A stretch of DNA of 64,000 bases from Vicugna vicugna. Its lineage: Eukaryota. Positions 53,560 to 64,000 of the stretch are shown in pieces. How positions within the stretch are numbered: position 1 is the stretch's first letter; every line of letters starts with the position of its first letter. Both the position numbers and the translations under genes were made by a program. Where the stretch lies: NCBI GenBank assembly GCA_013265495.1, contig MU059418.1:4386773-4450772 (forward strand). Reading direction: 5' to 3'. Below the pieces are notes generated by a model that was given only the letters and a program-made list of their open reading frames with translations, ran no database searches and was not told the origin of the DNA.

Positions 53560-55790
53560 AAAAAAATGAATCAAGATACATAGTAATTACACAGAGGAAA
53601 AACTTTAAGTTTACAGTGGAGAAATTTAGCAGCCATTGCCTTAATCCAGTGATTCAAGCTAATATCACCAGTAATGGCATAAATAGATTTTATGTGCCTC
53701 TGATGGGATACACTAAGGTCACAATGTGGCATTCTGCCAAAAAAAAATATACAATTTGATGCTATGAGGAAACACCAGAAAACCAAAACTCAAATTGAGG
53801 GATATTCCACAAAATGACTCACCTGTACACTTCAAAACATGACAAAAACATAAAGTCATAAAACAGAAAGACTGAAGAACTATTCCAGATCAAAAGAGAC
53901 TAAAGGGAAATGGTAATTAAGTACAACGTACATATGGATCAGGACCAAAAAGAGGTTTTCTTTCCTTTTTTCTATATGGACAGCTGGTGAAATTTGAAAG
54001 AAAGCCTGTAAATTAGATAACAGTAGTGCAACAGTATTAATTTCCTGATTTTGATAAATGTACTGAGGTTATGTCAGAGAATGTTCTAATTTTTAGGAAA
54101 TACTCATTGATGTATTCAGGAATAAAGGAGCATGTCTACAACACACTTTCAAACAGTTCATAAACAAATTTATATGTACAGAAAAATTTAAATTCCACAA
54201 GTATAATCTGCACAGACAATAACTAAAATTATAAGCAAATTAGGGGTAAGTATAACAAAAGATGTATAAGACCTTTCTGAAGAAAATGATATTTACAATA
54301 GATGAGTAAAAGGTTAAAGAATACCTAATAAAAGAACAAGGTGTGAACAGCTGTTCTTCCAACTATCAAGACTTATTACAAAACAAAAACAATTATGCAA
54401 GTATGGAATGGAACGGAATCCAGAAAGATTCATCACACATGGAAAGTTAATAAATGTTGGGGCTGAAATTACAGATCAGTAAGGTAATTCAGTAAACAAT
54501 TATCCATATTAAAAAAGAAATCAGATTTCTACCACATACATGCACAGCAATAAATTCCACATGAGGTAAGGATTTACATGTGAAAGGCAAAATATTTAAA
54601 AAACAAGACTTGGGAATGGCTGAGTAGATCCTATTTAGATCAACCCTGCTGGAGAAAACAACATTAACACTGGACAACTTCCTGAAGGTAATGGATTATG
54701 ACCAAAAGCAGGCAGATGTAGAGGGAAGTCAACACTTGGAAGAGAAAGGCAGTGGACAGTATTCCAGTTCCTTTATGGCTTTTAGCCTGAGGGAGGCCCT
54801 AAGGCAGCCAAACTGGAGAGAAACTATCCGTCTTGAGCCCAGAGTGCTTCATCAAAATTAAACATTTTTGTTTCTCAAAAGCCACTTTCATTGAAGAAAT
54901 GAATTGGCAAGTCAGAAAACCAGAGAAAAAATATTCACAATACATGTATCTGACTATATATATATAATTCCTCAAATCTGTGATTAAAAAGCAAACATTC
55001 AAGTTTTTTAAATGGGTAAATGGAAAAATACTTCACAAAAGATGATTTCTCAGTGACAAAGTACAGGAAGTAGTTCTCAACATATCACAGAGAATGTCAA
55101 AAAAAAAAAAATCCCTACAAGAGACTATTTCACACTCATTAGAAAAGATAACTTAAAAAACTAAATGTTGGTGAGGCCATGGAACAGCAGGCACTGGCAT
55201 ACATTGCTGGTGGAGAGTAAAATGGTACGACCACATGGGAAAGATTTGGTGGCTTCTTACAAAGTTAAATATGCATCTACTTGATGGCCCAGCAATTCTA
55301 CTCCTAGGTAAAAAGAAATGAACCTAAGAGAAATGAAAACATTTTCCACAAAAATGATGTATAGTAATGTACATATAGCATCCTCATTTGTAATAGTGAA
55401 AAACTGAAAACAACCCAAATTCTATCAAAAGGAGAAAGGATAAACAAATCGTGACTTATTCATGCAATGGAGTCCTACCTTAGCAATAAGCAGGGACCAA
55501 TAACTGATGTATGCAACACGGATGACTCTCAAAATCATGTTGAGTGAATAAAAGTAAGACACAAAAGAGTACCTATTATAGTCTAAGAACAGGCAAAACT
55601 AACCTATGTCTATAAAAATCAGAAGGTGATGGTCAGGGGGAGAGTAGGAAATGACTGAAAAGGGGTACAAAGGAATTTTCCAAGAAAATGAAAATATTCT
55701 CTATCCCCACTTAGATAGTAGTTATGTAGATGTATATACTTGTCAAAACTGTACACCTGAAATCTGTACAACTTACTATACCTTTAAAGA
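53560..55790 (+). mobile_element. Cluster of old L1M fragments
   Basis: L1M 3'UTR and ORF2-end-like segments (ggcccagcaattctactcctagg, aactgaaaacaacccaa); boundaries approximate. Confidence 0.6.
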
Positions 55791-56283
55791 GGGAAAAAAT
55801 AGTACTTGACATATAAGATGTGTTCAATACATATTAATATCTTTTCCTACTCCAAATAGAGTGTGGCCAAAAATGGGAGTCACCCTAACTTTACTTCTCA
55901 AAAATTGATTTCAAAAATGAGGATCAGCCACCTGCAAATTCACAATTACACAAGCACTTGGCTGGTATCAGTTACTTCATGGTCATACAAAATGAGTCAA
56001 AGCCAGAGCCAGCCTTTTATTTTTTACTTTATACTAGTGTGATGGAGTAGAAAGAGTATTAAATTAGCAGCTAGAAAATCTGGTTTTCTAGTGCTGGCTC
56101 TATCATTTAACAATTCTGCGGTTTTTGGTGCATCATACACCTCTGTGAGCTTCAACTTCCTTTACACTTATAAAAACAGAGATAATGATTTCTACCCTAC
56201 AGACTACTGGAGGATCAAATGAAACTATGAAGGGAAGCATACTATATAACAGAGCAGTGGTTGCTTAAATAGTTTTTATTTCA

Positions 56284-56382
<99 letters not shown>

Positions 56383-56992
56383 TTAAAAAAAAAAAAAGCA
56401 GCCTTAGAAAAAGAGAACTTGTAAAATGGTAAAAAGTAAATCTTTTCAGTTTAGCTCGACTATCAACAGAAATTAATAATCTATAAATACATCATAAACA
56501 GGGACGAATCCTTCCTCTCTATTTTCTAAAACAAGAGAACAGGAAGGAGAACAGTACAGGGAAGTAAGCTCTCCATAGAGGGGTCTCTGAGTCACCAGGG
56601 CTTACATGAATCTGATGAAAGGACAGTTTTGTGTGACTAAAGGAATGTTAATGACAAAAACTTCTGGCTTCTTCAGGTTAAACATCTGTACTGTTAGAAC
56701 AGCAGTTTTAAGACAACCCACTGGGGTGCAGGAAGAAAATATTAGAACTTTATTACTCTCAACCTTTAAAAACATCTACTTTTATTTAAATTTTATAATG
56801 TATGTAATATCTTTTATAATAAACATATACCTATCAGGACTTATCTTAGGTTTTTACTTATGATGTGAAAAATCAAAAGTGGAGATCACTAGTTTATCTT
56901 ATTCATAAGTGATCTTAACATTCCACAACATCTAGTAATACAAAACTTTGCTGAGGTACAACTCTGGAATTATCAGAATTTCTGAAGGAGTT

Positions 56993-57248
56993 ATAGTTGG
57001 CCCTCTTCATCCAAGTATTCAAACTCAGACACAAAATATTCCAGAAAGTTTCAAAAATCAAAACTTGAGTTTGCCACCATTGCTGGCAGCTATTTACACA
57101 TCATTTATTATATTGGTGTTAATTTAGAGCTGATTTAAAGTACATGGGAGGATGTGTGTGGGTTACATGCGAATTTTTTGTAAGGGGCTTGAGCATCCAA
57201 TTTTTTTGTTTGTTTGGTATCCACAGTGGGTTCTGGAACAAATCCCCC
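56993..57248 (+). mobile_element. Tigger3a/MER2-like element, 3' TIR missing
   Basis: agttggccctc...aaacttgagtttgcc...gatttaaagtacatgggaggatgtg...ggttctggaacaaatcccc. Confidence 0.7.
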
Positions 57249-58111
57249 AGCCCTTTCCCCAGCAGAGAGAAGAGGGAGCCCACCTGGCCCAGCCCCGGGC
57301 CTTTTTGCATGTTGCAATCTGTACATAAAAGCTTGGTACTGCAGTGCAGACTTCTGGGGACTGGCAAAAGTTTCCTAAAGATTCCCTCTCAAAATATCAA
57401 GAATCTGTTAAATTTATGATCTAGGGCTGATCATGTCCCCCCAAGGGGACATGCTAAGGAGAGTGTCCTATGCCTATAAGTGTCAGGTTACTGAAACACA
57501 GAAACCTCCCTTTCCCTGCCCTGAGGGCACACAATCTTAGGATCCTCCAATAGGTAGGAATAAATTACAAGGATAGGGGTAAAAACTCCTGTGATAAAAG
57601 AGGACAGTCTTTTTTTTTTCTCTTTCTTTGTCCGAGGAAAAAGATGATATTCTTCTACTTGGATTAAGTGGCCCAAGACCTCACATGGAGGAATTCTCTA
57701 AACATCTTGTTAAACTGCTAGAGCAGATTATGTATTCTAGGTATGAGAAGACTAGATTTGACAAACTAACTAAAAGAAAATGGCAACTTTATTCAACAAG
57801 GACAAAGGAAAAATCAAATTTACATCATCCAACACACAGTAGTGAGAAAAAAAAATCACTATCCAAAAGTCCTTTCATATAAATTGCAGCAAAGATGTTT
57901 AACATGGGAAAAATACCGTTAAGACTACAAAAAAATTAAATAGCAATGCTTTGGATTATGAACCATTCTAGGAAGAAGCAATGGCACACTTACATTAATG
58001 TTAACTGAAGAATTAAAACACAACTTTCATATTTTTCTTAGTTGGATTTTTTAATTTCAAAAAGAGGTAATGTGTGGTTTTACATTAGAGCTCTGGCTCT
58101 TTATAGCTTAC

Positions 58112-58227
58112 CGAGATCATGACAAAGCCCAGCAATCTGAACACAGAGCATATCTCGTTCACTTATCTGCAGCTCTGGTTGTTTTTCACTCAGTTCACGA
58201 ACTAGACATCCAGCTAGATACCCAACA
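58112..58227 (-). CDS. SAMHD1: SAMHD1 exon 5 (HD motif)
   Basis: (G)[38 protein letters not shown](G); 116 nt; H206-D207 present. Confidence 0.97.
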
Positions 58228-58284
58228 CTGCAGGGCAAAAAAAAAAGAAAGAAAAACAAAATGTTGCTCCTCTGTTTGAAAGAT

Positions 58285-58875
58285 TGAGACAAGAAGGGGG
58301 AAAGGCACAGCCATTCAAGGAATAACACAATTAACATCAGGATGGCTGAGGATTCATCTCCCAATAGGCCCTGAGGCTCAAGATGGTGGGAGATTTGACT
58401 TCCTAGAGCTTCATTATATGCTCACTGTAACATATTAGCATGGAGAATAACATGCCCACAGGCACCATGACAGTCCCAGGCTAGCAACAAAAGGTCAAAG
58501 AGTGGGAAATGGCTAACTTTCTGGAAATCCCAGCCCCTTTCCCAGGGTAGTTAACTGGTCCTTCCACTTATTAGCATATGAAGCTACATAAAAACTGGCT
58601 ACACCGCCCCTCAGGGCCCCTTCTCTCTCCCTTGGTCTATGGAGTGTGTACCTAATTTTTACTCTAATCTGAGCACCCAATCCCCACACCTCATGGCCTT
58701 TCTCTTGCCTTTTGATGTATCTCTAAATAAATCTACCTTTACTCAACTGTGGCTCGCTCTTGAATTCTTTCCTTCAAGAAGCCAAGGACCCACACTTGGC
58801 GGGGCACATCCCAGGGTCTCAACCGAAGCCTAGAACACGGCCTTCTTCATGCCCTACATGTGTTTTCCTGCATCA
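58285..58875 (+). mobile_element. ERV1-type solo LTR, 591 bp
   Basis: TG...CA termini, perfect 4-bp TSD AGAT (58281-58284, 58876-58879), AATAAA at 58726-58731 followed by typical U5-like text (ctcgctcttgaattctttcc). Confidence 0.85.
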
Positions 58876-58900
58876 AGATGAGTGATGCTTCTGGTCCCCA

Positions 58901-59781
58901 TGTAAAGAAAAAAATGTTGCCTTCCATTCCAGTTCTACAAGGATCAAGCCAGTAGCCAGTGCAGTCACCAATGTACAGTGCACCTTGAAGGATAGAGAAA
59001 AACAGGAAGCATTCTGTGCTTTGGATATACTGGCTCCTAGATAGTTAATGTACATACCTAAGGAAAAATTTTTTAACAATTGTATATTCTTGCATCTTCC
59101 CTTATGTAGAAAAGCACTAAAATAACTGACTTGAGAAATCTGTTCTTTATGTTGACTGAAGGAAAACCACAACCTAAAAGTTGCAAGTTATGTTTTATTT
59201 GGGGACTGTAGCCTGGGAAACACCTCTCAGATAGCTTGGAGAACTGTTGCAAAGAGGTACAAGATGAGCCAGGATATATAGGCGTTTATGCTGAAAAAAA
59301 AGTAGCCAAACATCAAAAAGATTACTGCAAATCCCAAAAACCAGACATCTCAATTTAATATTTTAGTGGTTTTCTATAAATGGGAAGATGCAAGAGTATG
59401 AGGTCACTGAAATTATTCCTTTGACATATATGTTATCTAGGGCCAGTATCCTATTCATCTCCATCCTGAATGCCCCTCAGGGTGCACCACTGGAGGCAGC
59501 TGCAGTGGCTTATGACTTGATGGCAGGCAACATCCACCGTTTACTAGAATGGCAGGCAACATTTTTTGTCTGCATTTGTGATGAGCAGTAATTTTTTATG
59601 CTCAACTACATGTTTTTCCCAATAAAAATGTTCATATCTATCCCGCCTTCTCCCTTTCCTCTTCGGAGCAGTTCCTTAGAGCTATCTAAAAGGCTGTCTC
59701 CCAGACTAAAGTCCTCAGTAAGGTCCCCAAATAAAACTTAACTCACAACTTTTACATGGTGCATTTTTCTTTCAGTCAACA
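58901..59781 (+). mobile_element. ERV1-type solo LTR (outer), split by a nested LTR
   Basis: Begins TGTAAAG (58901), ends TTCAGTCAACA (59781); near-TSD ccca/cgca; halves 58901-59149 and about 59575-59781 join seamlessly when the insert is removed. Confidence 0.75.
59150..59574 (-). mobile_element. ERV1-type solo LTR (inner), same family, inverted
   Basis: Reverse complement begins TGCAGACAAAAAATGTTGCC (like the outer LTR start) and ends TTCAGTCAACA; near-TSD ttta/tttg; AATAAA at 59199-59194. Confidence 0.78.
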
Positions 59782-59914
59782 CGCAAGACATTTAGTAGGA
59801 TTCTCAAATGTTCTAATATATCTTGAGGGCAACTTAACAGAACAGTCTGTTTCAGAACTAGGCAGGCACATACAGATCCCCAAAAGCAGGGCCTCTTGAC
59901 TCAATACCACTTAT

Positions 59915-60680
59915 CTTTAGGGAAATGCAAAATTAAAATCACAATGAGATACTACCTCATAACCATTAAGATGGTTATTATAAAACAAAAGAAAAGCTAA
60001 CAAATTTTGGCCAGGATGTGGAGCAACTGGGACCCTTGTACACTGTTGATGGGAATGTAAAATGGTGCAGATGCTACAGAAAACAGTAGAGCATTTCCTC
60101 AAAATGTTAAAAATAGAATTACCATACGACCCAGCAATTCTACTTCTGAATATACACCCAAAAGAATCAAAGGGAGGGTCTTAAAGAGATATCTGCACAT
60201 CCATGTTCAGAGTAGCACTAGTCACTATAGCCACAGAGGTGGAGGCAGCCCAGGCATCCACCAATGAATGAAGGGATCAACAAAATGTAGTCTATACATA
60301 CAATGGAATACTATTCAGCCTTAAAAAGTAATGATATTCTGACACATGCTCCCACAAGGGNNNNNNNNNNNNNNNNNNNNNNNNNNNNNNNNNNNNNNNN
60401 NNNNNNNNNNNNNNNNNNNNNNNNNNNNNNNNNNNNNNNNNNNNNNNNNNNNNNNNNNNNNNNNNNNNNNNNNNNNNNNNNNNNNNNNNNNNNNNNNNNN
60501 NNNNNNNNNNNNNNNNNNNGTTATTTAATGGGTCTACAGAGTTTCAGTTTTGCAAGATGAAAAAGTTCTGGAGACCAGTTGCGCAATACTGTGGATATAT
60601 TCAACACTACTGAACTGGAGACTTAAAAATGGTTAAGATGGTAAATTTTATATTCTGTGTATTTTATTACAATTAAAAAA
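59915..60680 (+). mobile_element. L1M ORF2 end and 3'UTR, spanning an N gap
   Basis: agggaaatgcaaaattaaaatcacaatgagatactacctc...gacccagcaattctacttctg...atggaatactattcagccttaaaaag. Confidence 0.8.
60361..60519. other. Assembly gap (159 N)
   Basis: N run inside L1. Confidence 0.99.
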
Positions 60681-60957
60681 AATGCAAGACTCTGGTGTTG
60701 TGATGTTTACAACATAGATTGAAGTGTCCAATAAATGTTAAATATTCCCCCCCAAAGTAATTCTTGAATGAATACAATACCTTTCTTGCCCCCTAAACTC
60801 TGAGCTCCATGAGGATAAACAGTTGCTATCTTGTTGGTTTCGTATGGCCTAATAAGTTTTCAATAAATATTTGTTGATGAATAAATGAACATTTGCATTG
60901 CATGTGTTCTGGATAATTTAAAATGCTTCTAAACAAACAAAAACCTCCAAAGTAATA

Positions 60958-61809
60958 CAGTAATTCCCCCTTACCACTGGTTTCACTTTCCTCACTTTCA
61001 GTTGCCTGCAATTAACCACAGTCTGAAAATATTAAATGGGAAATTCCAGAAACACACAATTCATAAGTTTTAAATTGCACTCCATTCTAGGTAGCATAAT
61101 GAAATCTCGCACTGTCCCACTCCATCATGAGCAGCTCGTGAATCAATTCTTTGTCCAGCATAACCCCCACAATAATCACTTAGTAGCTGGCACAATGATC
61201 AGATTGACTGTCAAGGTTTCACAGTGCCTGTGTTCATGTAATCCTTATTTTGCTTAACTATGGCCCCAAAGTGCAATAGTAATGCTGGCAATTCAGATAT
61301 GTCAAAGAGAAGCCAGAAAGTGTTTCCTTTAAGTGAGTGAAAAGGTGAAAGTTCTCGACTTAATTAGGACAGAAAAAAAATTGTATGCTGAAGTTGCTAA
61401 GATCTACCATACGAACAATTTTGCATTGGTGAAATTGGGAAGAAGAAAAAAAGGAATCATGCTAGTTTTGTTAACTCAAATGATATAGTTACAGCCACAG
61501 TGCATAAGTGCTTAATTAAGATGGGAAAAGGGCATTAAATCTGCACAATAAAATATTCTGAGAGAGACAGAGAAAGAGAGGCAGAAACCACATTCACATA
61601 ACTTTTATTACAGTGTATTGTTATAACTGTTTATTTTATTATTAATTGTTGTAAATCTCTTACGGTGTTTAATTTCTAAATTAAACTTTATCATAGGTGT
61701 GTATGTACAATAAAAAACACAGTATAAATAAAGTTTGATAGTATCTGTGGTTTCAGGCATCCACTGGGGGTCTTAGAAAATAACCCCTGCAGATAAGGGG
61801 GGACCACTT
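60958..61809 (+). mobile_element. MER44 (Tigger7-derived) DNA transposon
   Basis: TA|CAGTAATTCCCCCTTACC left TIR; right end ggcatccactgggggtc...gcagataaggggggaccac. Confidence 0.85.
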
Positions 61810-62348
61810 TGACTATAAGTACTTCATGAAAACCTAGAAAACTGTTCAGGTCTTCCAGGCCCATGTCCTCCAGTCTCTACATTTTGTAATGAAAAAGCAG
61901 ACCAAAGTTTCAACTATGTTGTATATAACAGAAGGGCCACCTTCTCTAAGCTTGTGATTGCTTTTCTATTTTACACATGTCCTGATCAGTAAGAAAATGA
62001 TGTGGTTTCAAACAGCAATTCTATGCAAGGCTAAACAAAGATTGCAGGAAAAGTAAATAAACTTCCAGTTAGTTGAATCAGTAACTAACCCTTAGCTTTT
62101 AAATAATATTTAAACACAAATATTTCATCCAAATGATCTGTCAGACACGTTTATCTTTCCAGGAAGGATCTGGGGTGGCTTCTAATATATAACATAAGTA
62201 AAATAGAGCAAGGTAAATCTAAGCCTCAACTTTCTCTTCAGTAAAATAAGGATATTATTACCATTCTGCAAAATGATTTGTTCTCTAGAAGATACAATAA
62301 GAGAAGGTACTTAATAACTGTAAGTTTCCTACCCCAATTCCCTTCTTA

Positions 62349-62510
<162 letters not shown>

Positions 62511-62926
62511 CTAGAAAATTATGTTTAAAATTAATATGAGTAACAATACGTAACACCATCTAAAATTTTTGTCCAGTCATTTCTATCTACAGTGCAAAGT
62601 CAAATCTATTTGTTTTCAAGTTAAGAATAATATTCAGGGAAATGACAAGGTATTAATATCATTATCTTATTTAGGTATCACTACCAGAAAGTATATTGGA
62701 TCAGGGTATGTTTTACATCTTCCTAATGGACTCTAATAAAACAAAGGTAAAGATTTCAATCTTTTTGTTATGTATACGATCTCATTAGCCTCTAGTAAGT
62801 TAGTCTTGTTAAACATAGTAAAACATACCCATTTAAAACTCATTCAGAACATACAAGCCATTTTACTCCAGGCACTGTGTCTAATTTTTTTCTAAAAGCA
62901 TTTATACAGTACCCATCACTAGAATC

Positions 62927-62929
<3 letters not shown>

Positions 62930-62971
<42 letters not shown>
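62930..62971. repeat. Poly(A) run of 42 nt
   Basis: Uninterrupted A run on the plus strand. Confidence 0.95.
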
Positions 62972-62973
<2 letters not shown>

Positions 62974-64000
62974 CCCTAACAAAAAAAGAAACCCTCCTAC
63001 CAAATAGATAAGAAATCATAGGCAGGAAGTACTGAAAAAATTCTATAGTACTTAATGTCACTCAAAAATACTTACTTAGTAAAGATAAATTTCACAATTA
63101 TTCATTACTGTAAGCTTAAAAAGAGGCTTAAATATGGGTGAAGATTTAATGTTTTCTTCAAATAAAGATAACATCTTTCTTAACTGTCCATAACTGCCTT
63201 TTAAAGAGAAGGCTACAGAATAAAAAAGGATAAGTGATCTAATCCATGATTTTCAAGCTGCTTCAAATGGTTCCATGAAATTCCTTTAAAATGAATGGAA
63301 TTCTGGGAGGTGTGGGGCCTTGTCTGTTTTGTTTACTGTCATATTCTCAGAATCCATGATGCACTGCAGTGCCTGGCACAAAGCAGGAACTCGGCTGTGT
63401 TTTGAATGCCTACTATTGAACCACTATAGCAAAATAATATATGTTAACATGCTATTATAGTTAAAGTACATCAAGTATACCTCTCAAACCTCTCAAAATA
63501 CACCAAGAATTATGTCAAAGTATATTAGGAATAGAAGGATGTTGTAATTCAACCCTGCGAATGTCCTTATCAGCTAAGACAAAGTTCCAAGTCCTTATAT
63601 CAAATTCATATACTGATCTATTCTTTCTCCCTTACACAAGACCAATGTGACCACCACAAATGAGAATTCATTTTATTATTAAAAATTATCAAAGAAAAAT
63701 TCTACAATCTACTTTTAATTCATTTAAAGATCTAAAATTCTTCAATGTCAAATTCAATGTCAAGTGTAACAACTTTTTAAAACAATTCAATGAAAATTAT
63801 TTTTAACTTAGTATCATGACACACATGCTCTTTTCATGTCAAAATGCCTCATGAACACTTTCTCATGTTTTTACAAATTTTAATAATTATCATTTTAATG
63901 GCTCAGTTTCACTGATGAACTAAACATTTTAAAAACATTCCCCTAATGTTGGGCTTTGAATTATGGAAATTCTAGTTCCTCAATTTCATTTTCCCTTCCC

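Overview
Mammalian genomic DNA, probably a camelid (three Vic-1-like tRNA-derived SINEs), covering the syntenic block SOGA1/MTCL2 - TLDC2 - SAMHD1. SOGA1: first coding exon (16113-16787, minus strand) in a CpG island; bases 1-16112 are its intron 1, and I found no exon 2 in the window. TLDC2: complete, six coding exons on the plus strand (25469-32645, 219 aa, intact TLDc domain). SAMHD1: coding exons 4-16 on the minus strand (35688-62510), all with GT-AG boundaries, compatible phases and intact HD-domain catalytic residues. The rest is intron/intergenic DNA rich in L2, MIR, L1, MaLR/ERV LTRs and Tigger/MER fossils, with three N gaps. I see no convincing novel gene or new biological system; most long ORFs in the track are artefacts of GC-rich or repeat DNA. 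Best leads: (1) three TSD-bounded ERV1-type solo LTRs, two nested in inverted orientation, next to the SAMHD1 HD-motif exon; (2) an L1 insertion with an apparent 3' transduction; (3) a MIR-derived triple AGGTCA nuclear-receptor element in SOGA1 intron 1; (4) a TATA/CDX/HNF4-like candidate TLDC2 promoter; (5) a cluster of miR-181 seed sites in the SAMHD1 3'UTR. Gene and repeat names and human residue numbers come from recalled sequences, not from database searches.
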